DNA of 53,212 nucleotides from Clostridia bacterium (GCA_017612655.1 JAGAFM010000086.1:1-53212); one strand, 5' to 3'; positions 21,594-30,823 are shown, counted from the stretch's first letter. Notes: a model not told the origin generated them from the letters alone. A program made the numbers and translations.

Positions 21594-22520
21594 TTAATCG
21601 TTGTTTTGTTCCAGGAATCGGACGATGTCCGCGATTACCTGTTCCCTGCTGGTATCGTTCAGGATCTCATGTCTGCAGCCTGGATACAGGATCATTTCCG
21701 CATTCTTCCCGGCTTCTTTCAGCCTCTCGAAAACCGTCCTGACGCCTGCGCCGTATTCCCCCACAGGATCCTCTTCTCCCGAGAGCAGAAGGATGGGGAG
21801 AGAATCTCCCACCTGATTTGACCACTCCGGTCTGTTGCACTCACGGGTAAGACGAATCAGGTCCCCCATTGCGCTGGCGGTAAAGGAATAGGAGCAGAAC
21901 GGATCTTTCAGATACCGCTCCCGGACTTCCGGATCCTTCGTCAGCCAGGCAACGCTCCCCTCATTGGGAAACCGTTCGTTGTACTGACCGAAAGACAGGT
22001 TGTCCAGCAAAGCGGAAACGTGTTTTTCTCCCCGGAACGTTTTCACGGCTGAAACCACGCCCGAGCCGAGTCTTGCGATCGGATTGGGGCCTCCGGTGCC
22101 CATAATTATGAGCTTCGTTGCAAGCCTCGGATATTCCGTCACGGCCAGTCTGACGACGAAGGATCCCATACTGTGTCCCATCAGATAATAAGGGAGAGGA
22201 GACGGATACTCGCTCTTCATCGCATTTCCGAATGCCGCCACGTCGTCCACGAGGCGCAACCAGCCGTCTTTCGGGGCGATGTATCCAAGCTCCGACGCGT
22301 CTTTTGCCGTTCTTCCGTGGCCGAGATGGTCGTAGCCAAAGGCAAGGTACCCCTTTTCGGCCATTGTTTTGAGAAAGCCGTCGTATCTTCCGATATACTC
22401 CTTCATACCGTGAACAACATGAAAAAACGCCTTGGGAGCTCCGTCCGGAAGATAAACCGTCCCGACCAGCTCATGCTCCCCGTCTGAGGACAATACTCTT
22501 TTTTCTCTGACTTCCGCCAT
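21594..22520 (-). CDS. alpha/beta hydrolase (lysophospholipase / monoacylglycerol-lipase-like)
   Basis: HG oxyanion motif (VVHGMKEY), nucleophile elbow GHSMGS, and a late EEDPV and CRHEI (Asp and His of the triad). Confidence 0.85.
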   Translation of the reverse strand: MAEVREKRVLSSDGEHELVGTVYLPDGAPKAFFHVVHGMKEYIGRYDGFLKTMAEKGYLAFGYDHLGHGRTAKDASELGYIAPKDGWLRLVDDVAAFGNAMKSEYPSPLPYYLMGHSMGSFVVRLAVTEYPRLATKLIIMGTGGPNPIARLGSGVVSAVKTFRGEKHVSALLDNLSFGQYNERFPNEGSVAWLTKDPEVRERYLKDPFCSYSFTASAMGDLIRLTRECNRPEWSNQVGDSLPILLLSGEEDPVGEYGAGVRTVFERLKEAGKNAEMILYPGCRHEILNDTSREQVIADIVRFLEQNND

Positions 22521-22538
22521 GACACCCCGTCCTTTCTG

Positions 22539-24035
22539 TTACTTCCCGGAATCCGATAAAATGCAGCGGATCGCGCGATGCCACCCTTCCATCTTTCTGT
22601 CCCGCTCAGAAGGGTTCATCACCGGTTCGAAGGAGACTCCCTCCTCGCTGAGTCTGCGGATCTGATCTCTGCTGTCGAAGAAGCCCGTCGCCAGACCGGC
22701 CAGAAAGGCGGCGCCAGCGGCAGTCGCTTCCTGATTGGCGGAGCGAAAGACTTTCGTTTGCGAGATATCCGCCTGAAACTGCATCAGAAACGAGTTGGCG
22801 GAAGCACCCCCGTCCGCTTTCATGCAGGGAACGGCTTCTCCACTGTCTTCCGCCATGGCAGACAGCAAATCCGCCGTCTGATAGGCGATCGACTCCAGTG
22901 CCGCCCGGATAATATGTTCCCGTTTGGTGCCGCGCGTGATTCCCGTAATGATGCCCCTCGCGTGCATATCCCAATACGGTGCCCCCAGACCTGTAAAAGC
23001 CGGGACCACATAGACCCCTTCCGTGTCTTCCACCTTTTTCGCGAAGTACTCGCTGTCCCTGGCCTCATGAATCAGGTGCAGCCCGTCCCGAAGCCACTGA
23101 ATCACGGCGCCCCCGACGAACACGCTCCCCTCGAGGGCATACTCCAGGGGTTTTCCCGCTTCCGTTGCGGCTGCCGTCGTGACCAGCCCGTGAGAGCTGA
23201 GGACCGGCTTCGTTCCGGTGTGCGAGAGCAGAAAGCAGCCTGTTCCGTAGGTTGTCTTCGCATCACCGGGAGAAAAACACCCCTGACCGAACAAGGCGGC
23301 CTGCTGATCTCCCGCGATTCCGCAAATGGGAATCTCAGCTCCCATGATCTGGACGGTTCCGTACAACTCGCTGCTGCTCCGGACTTCAGGAAGCATGCAG
23401 CGGGGAACGTCCAAAACGGAAAGGAGTTCCTCATCCCAGTCACCCGTATGAATATTGTAAAGCATCGTCCGGGAGGCGTTGGTTCGGTCTGTCACATGAA
23501 CCCTGCCCTCCGTCAGCTTCCAGACCAGCCAGGTATCCACCGTACCAAACAGGAGGTCTCCGTTTTGCGCCTGTTCTCTCGCGCCCGGAACGTTGTCCAG
23601 AATCCATTTGATTTTCGTCCCGCTGAAATAGGCGTCCGGACGCAGTCCCGTCTTTTTGCGGATCAGTTCGGAATATCCTTCTCTTTCGAGCTGTTCGCAG
23701 AGTTCAGCCGTTCTTCTGCACTGCCAGACTATGGCGGGAAACACCGGTTTCCCGGTCCTGCGATTCCAGACAATTGTGGTCTCTCTCTGGTTGGTAATCC
23801 CGATCCCGGCTATCTCTCTGGGATCGATTCCACTTTTCGCAACGCACTCCATCATGGCCGCAAACTGATTGCCGAAAAGATCCATGGGATCCTGTTCGAC
23901 CCATCCCGGTCTCGGATAGCTTTGGGCAATTTCCTGTTGGGAAACACTGACAGGACGGACAGCACGGTCAAAGAGAATCGCCCGAGCGCTGGTGGTTCCC
24001 TCGTCCAGCGCCAACAAATACCGACTCACGTTCAC
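22539..24035 (-). CDS. glpK: glycerol kinase
   Basis: [28 protein letters not shown] and [10 protein letters not shown] motifs. The start may be the second GTG (24029), which has better spacing to the GAGAGGAG SD. Confidence 0.95.
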   Translation of the reverse strand: MNVSRYLLALDEGTTSARAILFDRAVRPVSVSQQEIAQSYPRPGWVEQDPMDLFGNQFAAMMECVAKSGIDPREIAGIGITNQRETTIVWNRRTGKPVFPAIVWQCRRTAELCEQLEREGYSELIRKKTGLRPDAYFSGTKIKWILDNVPGAREQAQNGDLLFGTVDTWLVWKLTEGRVHVTDRTNASRTMLYNIHTGDWDEELLSVLDVPRCMLPEVRSSSELYGTVQIMGAEIPICGIAGDQQAALFGQGCFSPGDAKTTYGTGCFLLSHTGTKPVLSSHGLVTTAAATEAGKPLEYALEGSVFVGGAVIQWLRDGLHLIHEARDSEYFAKKVEDTEGVYVVPAFTGLGAPYWDMHARGIITGITRGTKREHIIRAALESIAYQTADLLSAMAEDSGEAVPCMKADGGASANSFLMQFQADISQTKVFRSANQEATAAGAAFLAGLATGFFDSRDQIRRLSEEGVSFEPVMNPSERDRKMEGWHRAIRCILSDSGK

Positions 24036-24064
24036 AATCTCCTCTCAGCAGTTCACTCTGAGAC

Positions 24065-24093
24065 GATTGTAACACAAGAATCAGAAAAAGTAA
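24065..24093 (-). promoter_or_regulatory. candidate glpK promoter (TTTACT-17-TACAAT with extended -10 TG)
   Basis: The minus strand reads TTTACT-TTTTCTGATTCTTGTGT-TACAAT, about 30 nt upstream of the glpK SD. Confidence 0.4.
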
Positions 24094-24158
24094 ATGGTGT
24101 TATGAGAAAAATCCCTCTTCACGGCAGATCCGCCAGGCAATGCGAAGAGAGACAGCAT

Positions 24159-24194
24159 AATCCCGGTCTGCCGAAAATGCAGCAGACCGGGATT
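24159..24194 (-). terminator. strong hairpin downstream of the ECF/DUF4430 operon (13-bp stem, weak U-tract)
   Basis: AATCCCGGTCTGC (24159-24171) pairs with GCAGACCGGGATT (24182-24194). A second 10-bp hairpin, CCCGTCAGAT/ATCTGACGGG, lies at 24228-24260. Confidence 0.4.
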
Positions 24195-24288
24195 CCATTT
24201 CTTCGACGACTCTGTCAGACTGCTCCTCCCGTCAGATTTCCTCTCAAACAATCTGACGGGTATCCGTCTCACACCGTCTTCTTCTCTT

Positions 24289-25968
24289 TTACGGACAATA
24301 TGACTCCGTCTCCGATCTCAGATCCTCTCCGAGATTGCAGGTATAAATCCATTCGATCCGATCGCCGTCAAGGCAGACATACTGACCGCAGCCGATCATG
24401 GGGGATTCTCCGTTCACCTCGTACATCCAACCGGAGAGGGGCCCGTATTCCTGTTCGTAAAGATATCCGATCCCGCGAATATAGGCGGATTCGGCGGAAC
24501 CTGTTTTATCCAGGGCAATCCGGCGGGCCGCGGTCACTTCAGACAGCACCGTGTAGACGGTGTCTCCGAGGCGGATCTCCCACTCCGTCTCCGCCAAAAG
24601 AATCCCGTCGTCCGGAACAACGGGGCTGCTCCGGTCCTCGATGGTGTCGCACCGGATAGAAATGGTAACGACCCCGACGGGCTCCGCTTTTTCGGCTGTT
24701 GCGGACGCATAGTACTCTTCCGGAAGCTGAATTCTCGCAAGGAGAAGAAGGACTGCCAGCCCCGTGCATCCCGCCAGGATGATCAGATAGTTTTTGACAG
24801 TCCGCTTCCCGCGGAGGAAAAGAATCACGCATGTGACGATTCCGGCTCCAAAAAGAAAGAGAGAGGCCCAAATTCGGATTCGGTCCCAGCCGGAAGAGTT
24901 CTCATGAACTTCCGGCTCTTCCTGTGCGGAAGGCTCTTCCTTTTCCGATTGAGGTTCGGTGTCACTTTCCGGTACGGGATCAGTCTCCCCGGGTTCAGCC
25001 CGGGTCTCCGGGCGGTCCAGAATGTAAAAGGGGGATTTTCCTTCCGCCATCCTCAGATAGGCAATCAGTGCAGAGAATACCTGAACGGTCGCAGTTTGAT
25101 TCGACTCTCCTCCTTCGGTATGCGAATAAGAGCCGTCCGAAAGCCGGTACCGTTCCAAAACATCGAGCAAATCCTCTCCGTCCTTCCGGAACCGCTCATC
25201 GGCCGTGCAATCGATGCCGAGAGAAGAGAGCGCAAGAATCACCTGAGCCGTACTCTCCGCCGATTCCGCTCCGAAGCTGGAAAAACCGCCGGACGGATTC
25301 TGCCTCAGCGAGAGGAACTCTACCGCATGGTCCACAGCCTCCCGGACCTCGGGAAATTCGGTGCAGGACGGAGCAAGCGCCTGAATCGCCATTGCCGTCA
25401 CATCGACGTCTCCCATGGTTCCGAACACAGCCCAGCCGCCGTCTTCGGTCCTAAGCGAGAGCAGCTGCCCGCACGCCTCGGAGAGCGAACAGGTCTCTGA
25501 GGCGATCCCGTTGTTCAGAAGATGAATCCCGTAGATCCAGCTCATGACCCCCTGGGCGCCTATCGTGTCCTGGATCTCCAGCTCATCCTCCACATCCTCC
25601 AGACCGCATGCGAAAAGAGTCAGGGCATATTTCTGCCATGAGGTCGGAGAGGGATTGCTCTCCGTCTGCCTGAGGCTGGTCAGCAATGCGTCGGAATACC
25701 CGGAATAATCCAGTTCCTTCCACTGACGCAGCGCGATCACAAACCATTCCGAACCGTTTCCCGCTGCATCCAGCAGGGGTCCGTCGACCCACTCCTGCGG
25801 AGTCAGGACCCCGGCCCTTTGCAGCTGACCGTTCAGAAGTTCTTCACACAGGAAGGCAGCCTGCTCTGCCTTGCCGTCCGGAATCTCCCCTGCGCCGCTG
25901 ACCGGGCAGAGGGCGGAAACCGCAAACAGAAAAAGCAGAAGCAGAGCTGTGCAGATACGTTTTTTCAT
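24289..25968 (-). CDS. surface protein: prenyltransferase/terpene-cyclase-like alpha/alpha-toroid repeats + two TM helices + C-terminal DUF4430 (transcobalamin beta-domain-like)
   Basis: Signal peptide MKKRICTALLLLFLFAVSA. Repeats LSLRTEDGGW, LSLRQNPSGGFS and YRLSDGSYSH. Glu/Pro-rich linker, then TM helices IRIWASLFLFGAGIVTCVILFL and YLIILAGCTGLAVLLLLARI. The C-terminus SGWMYEVNGESPMIGCGQYVCLDGDRIEWIYT is typical of DUF4430. Confidence 0.8.
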   Translation of the reverse strand: MKKRICTALLLLFLFAVSALCPVSGAGEIPDGKAEQAAFLCEELLNGQLQRAGVLTPQEWVDGPLLDAAGNGSEWFVIALRQWKELDYSGYSDALLTSLRQTESNPSPTSWQKYALTLFACGLEDVEDELEIQDTIGAQGVMSWIYGIHLLNNGIASETCSLSEACGQLLSLRTEDGGWAVFGTMGDVDVTAMAIQALAPSCTEFPEVREAVDHAVEFLSLRQNPSGGFSSFGAESAESTAQVILALSSLGIDCTADERFRKDGEDLLDVLERYRLSDGSYSHTEGGESNQTATVQVFSALIAYLRMAEGKSPFYILDRPETRAEPGETDPVPESDTEPQSEKEEPSAQEEPEVHENSSGWDRIRIWASLFLFGAGIVTCVILFLRGKRTVKNYLIILAGCTGLAVLLLLARIQLPEEYYASATAEKAEPVGVVTISIRCDTIEDRSSPVVPDDGILLAETEWEIRLGDTVYTVLSEVTAARRIALDKTGSAESAYIRGIGYLYEQEYGPLSGWMYEVNGESPMIGCGQYVCLDGDRIEWIYTCNLGEDLRSETESYCP

Positions 25969-25999
25969 GATAACAGGCAAAAGACAGTCTTACCCGTCT

Positions 26000-26860
26000 T
26001 CAATCGTTGACGCCTCTCTTTTTGCCGAAAGAAACGAGAACGCCTGCGGAAAGAATCAGAACAACGGAAACCGCGACGAGGGAAGAGTCTCCGGTTTTCG
26101 GAGGCTGTTCGGCAGAAGCCGCCGTGATCTCGACGGAGCAGAGGGGCGCGACCAGATTCTGCGTCTCGGAAGAAGCGCTGATCCAGTGGCTGCCGGCCGC
26201 CGTCAGGGACAGCGTCACCTTTCCGTCCTCGCCGGTCGTGTACGACGTCGGTTCATCGTCCACCAGAATGGTTGCGCCGGAGACAGGGGCCGCGGACATG
26301 TTGTAGTTTTCATCATAAGCGTAAGCCTGTAGAGTAAGAGAAACGGACTGTCCCGCTTCTGCCGACTGATCGCCCTCGGCAAACCAGCAGAACGTATCGC
26401 TCCATGCCGTCAGATCCGTATAGACAAAGGCAGTTACGCGATCGCCGTCCTGAATCGGATCCGCCAGACTCCACGCGGCGACATTGTTGACGTAATAACC
26501 GTATCCTCCCCCGTTTTCCGTTCCGCAGAGTTTTGTCAGGGAAAGACCGTATTCTCCGATTTCTGCGCCGTAAGCGGCTGCGGCGCCTCCCTCAAACAGC
26601 GCCTCATGTGCGGCAAACAGAGCATCGGATATCGTCAGCGAGCCGTCGGCGTCGGAATCCGTCACCTCAAAAGGCTGATTCCGGGAGACAAAGTTCCCTT
26701 CCGCATCCAGCAGCGTGACGAAGACGGTGGGAGCCTCAGGGGAAGAAGCGCCAACGGTAGGTATCTCTTCCTCGGGGGAAAGATCATCCGCAGAAGCCGC
26801 AACCAGAAGAGATCCGGTCACAAGAAGCAGGGAAAGCAAGACAACGAGTACTTTTTTCAT
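26000..26860 (-). CDS. cell-wall-anchored DUF4430 domain protein (LPXTG-like sorting signal PKTGD)
   Basis: Signal peptide MKKVLVVLLSLLLVTGSLLVAASA. C-terminal QPPKTGD followed by a hydrophobic stretch and the basic tail KKRGVND. The internal region resembles DUF4430 repeats. Confidence 0.75.
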   Translation of the reverse strand: MKKVLVVLLSLLLVTGSLLVAASADDLSPEEEIPTVGASSPEAPTVFVTLLDAEGNFVSRNQPFEVTDSDADGSLTISDALFAAHEALFEGGAAAAYGAEIGEYGLSLTKLCGTENGGGYGYYVNNVAAWSLADPIQDGDRVTAFVYTDLTAWSDTFCWFAEGDQSAEAGQSVSLTLQAYAYDENYNMSAAPVSGATILVDDEPTSYTTGEDGKVTLSLTAAGSHWISASSETQNLVAPLCSVEITAASAEQPPKTGDSSLVAVSVVLILSAGVLVSFGKKRGVND

Positions 26861-26909
26861 GACAACCTCCAGTTTAACAAAAATCTATCTCAGAGAAAAA
26901 CGGCCGGTG

Positions 26910-27614
26910 TCAGGGATTCTCTTTGCTGAACAAACCGTATTTCTTCTTGAGCCGTTCCAGCTTTTCTCCGAACGGTTTGGAGAAAAGAAGCAGAAAAAGG
27001 ACATTTGATACCGCGTAGACGGCAGTCATGCCGGCGGAAGTCAGAACAATGGATCCGTATCTGGACAGAGTAAACGATCCTTCCATCCAGAGGGTAGACC
27101 AGATATCCATCGTGAAAGAATAGAACAGTCCGGCAAGAGCGCCGAAGAGGCACAGAAGGAAGCGCGACCGTTTCAACGGGGCGGACATCACCCCTGCTAG
27201 AAATCCGATCATTCCCCAGGAGAACATCTGAAACGGCGTCCAGGGTCCCTGACCGAAATAGAAATTCGAGATCACTGCGGAAAGCGATCCGACCGCGAAT
27301 CCGGCTTCTCTCCCGAGATAGACCGCCGCGAGAATCGTAATCGCGGTTACCGGCTTGAAACCCGGAAGCCAGGCGAAGAGAAACCGTCCTGCCGCTGAAA
27401 GCGCAACCAGGGCAGCCAGGGCAGTCAGTTCTCTGGAAGTGTTTTCGCGCCGTTCAAAGGAGTAGAACAAGGGGACGCATGACAGAACCGCAACACAAAG
27501 GGAGGTAAAGGCATAGTGTTTCTCCCGGAACACCAGGGTCCCGATTGTCATCAGCACGGGAATCAGGATCAGCCACAGGACAAGGGTGACGATCGCCTTT
27601 GCGCGTTTATTCAC
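26910..27614 (-). CDS. ECF transporter substrate-specific (S) component, putatively corrinoid-specific (CbrT-like by context)
   Basis: ORF 26910..27782 trimmed to GTG 27614 (GGGAGGGTG SD), which overlaps the ATPase stop by 8 nt. A ~234-aa protein with about six TM helices and no soluble domain. Confidence 0.7.
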   Translation of the reverse strand: MNKRAKAIVTLVLWLILIPVLMTIGTLVFREKHYAFTSLCVAVLSCVPLFYSFERRENTSRELTALAALVALSAAGRFLFAWLPGFKPVTAITILAAVYLGREAGFAVGSLSAVISNFYFGQGPWTPFQMFSWGMIGFLAGVMSAPLKRSRFLLCLFGALAGLFYSFTMDIWSTLWMEGSFTLSRYGSIVLTSAGMTAVYAVSNVLFLLLFSKPFGEKLERLKKKYGLFSKENP

Positions 27615-29295
27615 GGCGCTCACCCTCCCGCTTTCCGTTTCTTCTGCAAAGCGAGACGACTTCCTCACAGGAAACCGCGTTCCGGAAATGATTTCTGGAG
27701 ATCCGATTTGCGGCCGTGGTATAGAAGGTATTCCCTGCAAAGAATTCGGCAGCGGGTGCGCTGGAAAGGATTTCTCCGTCAAAGAGGATTCCGCAGCGAT
27801 CCGCGACGGAAGCGGCGAACTCCACGTCGTGCGTGACCGTGACTAGCGTCACCCCGGTTTTCTTCCACTCGTAAAACAGATTCGCAAGAATTCGCTTCCC
27901 GTGAGCGTCTATGCCTTTGGTCGGCTCATCCAGCAGAAGGATTCTCGGCGACTGGAGAATGAGTTTGGCCAGGGCGGTCTTCTGCTGTTCCCCGCCGCTC
28001 AGATCGTAGGGATGGCGGTCCAGAAGCCGGTTCAGTCCCAGAAGATCCGCAACTTCCCGTATGCTCTCCCGGGCGGAATCGCCCGAAATCTCCATCATTC
28101 GGCACATGGACTCGAGTTCCAGCTCCACCGTCTGCTCCAGAAAAACGGAACTGATATCCTGCGGGAGTCTGGCAAGAGTATGCCGGTAGAGGGAGTTTCC
28201 GGAAAAGGACTGCAGTTTCCTGCCGAGAACGGAAACGGATCCCCGGTAAGGACGAATGAGACCGGACAATAAACGCAGAAGCGTGGTTTTTCCCGAACCG
28301 TTTCCTCCGAGGATACAGAGGTGTTCCCCGCGATGAACGGATAATGAGAGTCCGCGAAGAACGTCCGGGGATTCCTTTTCGAAGCGGAACCAGAGATCCC
28401 GCGCCTCCAGGACGGGCTCCCCGTCGAAGGGGGCAGCCTCCCGCGGCACGGTGTCGAAACGGTTCCCGTACGTCCCGGAAAGAAAGAGGCTTCCCTCCCG
28501 AACCGTCAGAGGGGCATCTCCCTCTTCACCCAGCTGATAGAAAATCCGCATGGAAGAGGGGAGACTGTCGAACATGGGGTGGTCCGAGAAACTTGAGAGT
28601 TGTTTCCCGACTTCCGCCGGACTTCCCGTACAGAGAATCCGTCCCTGTTCCATGAGAACAACCCGGTCGGAAAGCGGGAAAACCTCATCCAGACGATGCT
28701 CCGCGATCAGGATGGTCAGTCCGAGTTCCCGGTTCAGTTTTTCGAGCGTCTGCAGGAAGGCGGAGGCGGAAACCGGATTCAGCTGCGCGGTCGGTTCATC
28801 CAGGAGAAGGATGTTCGGCTCCATCGCCATGACGGAAGCCAGATTCAAAAGCTGCTTTTGCCCGCCGGACAGCTCCGCCGTCTTTTTGTGAAACCACTCC
28901 TCAATTCCGAAAAAGCCGGCGATCTCCGCAACCCTGCGGCGGATTCTCCCGCTTTCCCATCCGAGGCTCTCCAGTCCGAAAGCCAGTTCGTGCCAGACTT
29001 TGTCCGTCACAATCTGCGTCTCCGGATTCTGTCCCACAAACCCGAGCCGCGCTGCGCACCCCCTGTCGGGATAATCCCGGAGCGGTTTCCCTTCCAGAAA
29101 AATCTCTCCCTCCAGTTTTCCATAAGGGGCTATCTCACGCTTAATCAGTTGGAAAAGAGTAGTTTTTCCGCAGCCGGATTCCCCGCAGAAACAGACGAAT
29201 TCGCCGGGTTCCACCGCAAGGCTGAGCCCGTCTATCGCTTTATTCTGCTCCTGAGAATAGGAAAAACTCAGATTCTGGATCTGTAGAAGCGCCAC
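27607..29295 (-). CDS. fused tandem ECF-type ABC ATPase (EcfA-EcfA')
   Basis: Two complete nucleotide-binding domains: GESGCGKTT / LSGGQKQLLNLAS / LLLDEPTAQLN, and GGNGSGKTT / LSGGEQQKTALAK / LLLDEPTKGID. Start at GTG 29295 (GGAGAA SD). Confidence 0.9.
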   Translation of the reverse strand: MALLQIQNLSFSYSQEQNKAIDGLSLAVEPGEFVCFCGESGCGKTTLFQLIKREIAPYGKLEGEIFLEGKPLRDYPDRGCAARLGFVGQNPETQIVTDKVWHELAFGLESLGWESGRIRRRVAEIAGFFGIEEWFHKKTAELSGGQKQLLNLASVMAMEPNILLLDEPTAQLNPVSASAFLQTLEKLNRELGLTILIAEHRLDEVFPLSDRVVLMEQGRILCTGSPAEVGKQLSSFSDHPMFDSLPSSMRIFYQLGEEGDAPLTVREGSLFLSGTYGNRFDTVPREAAPFDGEPVLEARDLWFRFEKESPDVLRGLSLSVHRGEHLCILGGNGSGKTTLLRLLSGLIRPYRGSVSVLGRKLQSFSGNSLYRHTLARLPQDISSVFLEQTVELELESMCRMMEISGDSARESIREVADLLGLNRLLDRHPYDLSGGEQQKTALAKLILQSPRILLLDEPTKGIDAHGKRILANLFYEWKKTGVTLVTVTHDVEFAASVADRCGILFDGEILSSAPAAEFFAGNTFYTTAANRISRNHFRNAVSCEEVVSLCRRNGKREGERRE

Positions 29296-30149
29296 AGCAG
29301 ATTCTCCTTTCCCTCCAGAAGAACCGGAAGAAGACAAAGAACGGAAAACAGCAGAATTGCCGCCGAAGCCAGGAGATCCGGCTTCGAGAGAACGATACTC
29401 GGGAAGAACTGGTAGGAAAGCCTTCCCGTAATCATGGCACAAAGGACACCCGCATCCAGCAAAAGGAGAAAAGCCAGCAAAACAGCATCTCTTCTGCGGA
29501 ACCGAAACAGGGAAAACCGGGTCCGTCCCGGGAGTCCGTACCCTCTGGCACGCATGAAGGTCCCCGTTTCGACCGCATTTTCCAGGATCCAGGTTACGGT
29601 TGCCGAAAAAACCCGGACGGTCCCCCTCCAGCGACTGGTCCAGACATCCTCTGTGTACAGTCCCAGAGATTTCTGCGCTTCGCGGATCGACTGAGCCTTC
29701 TGGCGGATCCGGGGGAGAAAACGCAAAGCCGTGGAAAGAACCAGCGCCAGCTTCGGCGACAGTCTGCCGAACAGATCAAGAAGTTTGTCTTCCGTCATGA
29801 TCTCTTTCAGACAGCGAAACCAGAAGAAAACCGAAACCAGCATCACTCCCAGATTGATTCCGTACAGAAGAGATTCCAGGGTAAGGGGGTCTCCGTTCAG
29901 GAAAATCAGGGGCGTCGCCCCGTTGTGGGAAACCAGAGGATTTACCAGTGTAACAAGGAGGACAAAGCAACAATAGGGAGCAACCGCCCGAAAGGAGCGG
30001 ACCGCGGGACAAATCCGGAAGCAGAACAGAACCCCGCCGATCAGGGAGATTCCCGTCAGAACCGGATTGCCGGAAAACATCGCGAAAAACAGAACGGAAA
30101 AGAAGAAAAAGGCAGAAACCAGAGGATGGCAGTCTGACAGTCTTGGCAT
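29268..30149 (-). CDS. ECF transporter T component (CbiQ/EcfT family), dedicated module
   Basis: ORF 29268..30386 trimmed to ATG 30149 (GGGAGGG SD 8 nt upstream). Polytopic protein. Its upstream 79 codons lie in the riboswitch and terminator. Confidence 0.85.
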   Translation of the reverse strand: MPRLSDCHPLVSAFFFFSVLFFAMFSGNPVLTGISLIGGVLFCFRICPAVRSFRAVAPYCCFVLLVTLVNPLVSHNGATPLIFLNGDPLTLESLLYGINLGVMLVSVFFWFRCLKEIMTEDKLLDLFGRLSPKLALVLSTALRFLPRIRQKAQSIREAQKSLGLYTEDVWTSRWRGTVRVFSATVTWILENAVETGTFMRARGYGLPGRTRFSLFRFRRRDAVLLAFLLLLDAGVLCAMITGRLSYQFFPSIVLSKPDLLASAAILLFSVLCLLPVLLEGKENLLWRFYRSRI

Positions 30150-30201
30150 TCGGGTTCCCTCCCTTTCCGCGTTCCGCATTTTTCGCCCGCCGACACTCGT
30201 C

Positions 30202-30259
30202 AAAAAGAAAAAAGTGAAGCCGGAAGATCGCGCATCGCGGCGATCCGCTGGATTCACTC
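30202..30259 (-). terminator. riboswitch expression-platform terminator
   Basis: The minus strand reads GAGTGAATCCAGCGGATCGCCGCGATGCGCGATCTTCCGGCTTCAC followed by TTTTTTCTTTTT. It is a long imperfect hairpin with an inner GATCGC/GCGATC stem and an outer AGTGAA/TTCACT stem. Confidence 0.6.
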
Positions 30260-30261
30260 TT

Positions 30262-30470
30262 CGCACCAAAGAGGCAGAATTCCACAGAAGATACGGCAGG
30301 GGTCCTGACTTATGATGGGGCAGAAAGCCCGAAAGCAACAGATCCCTCCTGCAAAAATAGCAAAGAGACTGCGCTCCTCCCGTCAAATACAGTAATGGCG
30401 GTTGCTCCGGATTCGAACCGGATTACCTTTTCATCTACTCAGTTAACAACTTTTCAAAACCGTATCTTCC
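30262..30470 (-). ncRNA. cobalamin (B12) riboswitch
   Basis: The minus strand reads AAAAGGTAATCCGGTTCGAATCCGGAGCAACCGCCATTACTGT ... CATAAGTCAGGACCCCTGCCG. This matches the conserved core (AGGGAA / GGTG.AA.TCC / GC.G..CCGC.ACTGT) and the B12 box (AGTCAGGA.ACCTGCC), followed by a terminator and the ECF operon. Confidence 0.8.
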
Positions 30471-30496
30471 CGACATTATTCTTTTTTCCGGGGAAC

Positions 30497-30525
30497 AGTA
30501 TAGCACGGCGGGTTCAATCTGTCAA
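30497..30525 (-). promoter_or_regulatory. promoter of the riboswitch-ECF operon (TTGACA-17-TATACT)
   Basis: The minus strand has TTGACA (30525-30520), a 17-nt spacer GATTGAACCCGCCGTGC, and TATACT (30502-30497). Confidence 0.55.
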
Positions 30526-30630
30526 GTCCGAGTTTTGATCTTCTGAAGAATGCCTTTCCGGGACTCGCATCCCTGATGCGGTCCGAACGGAAGCGCCCGG
30601 GGAAAGTTCTTCCCGATTTTCGAAAATCCC

Positions 30631-30659
30631 TTGCTTTTTTCCCTGTCATTTGATAGAAT
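30631..30659 (+). promoter_or_regulatory. promoter of the DUF4838 operon (TTGCTT-17-TAGAAT, extended -10 TG)
   Basis: TTGCTT at 30631-30636, a 17-nt spacer ending in TGA, and TAGAAT at 30654-30659. Divergent from the ECF promoter about 105 nt away. Confidence 0.5.
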
Positions 30660-30823
30660 GTTTGCTGTCCGAAAAGCGGTTGCGAAATTCCATGCAGCCG
30701 TATTTTCAACTGAACAACGACGGGGCATTCGCCGCCGGGAAGATCTGCTTTTCGCACGGAAAGAAGGCGAGATCGGATCACGGAAAACCCTTTGGACGGA
30801 TTGGCTCCGGGAGGAGGTCTGGA

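Noticed and set aside
22578-24659. 693-aa ORF on the plus strand.
   Set aside because: It is antisense of glpK and of the 3' end of the DUF4430 gene. glpK motifs on the opposite strand are unambiguous.
30394-30430. tRNA-like 3' end on the minus strand (GGTTCGAATCCGG T-arm followed by GCAACCGCCA). It could have marked a tRNA gene or an integration att site next to the accessory loci.
   Set aside because: No D-arm or anticodon arm can be built upstream, and the putative acceptor strand does not pair. The segment is explained as the GGTG.AA.TCC / GC..CCGCC core of the cobalamin riboswitch, which is completed by the B12 box 90 nt downstream.
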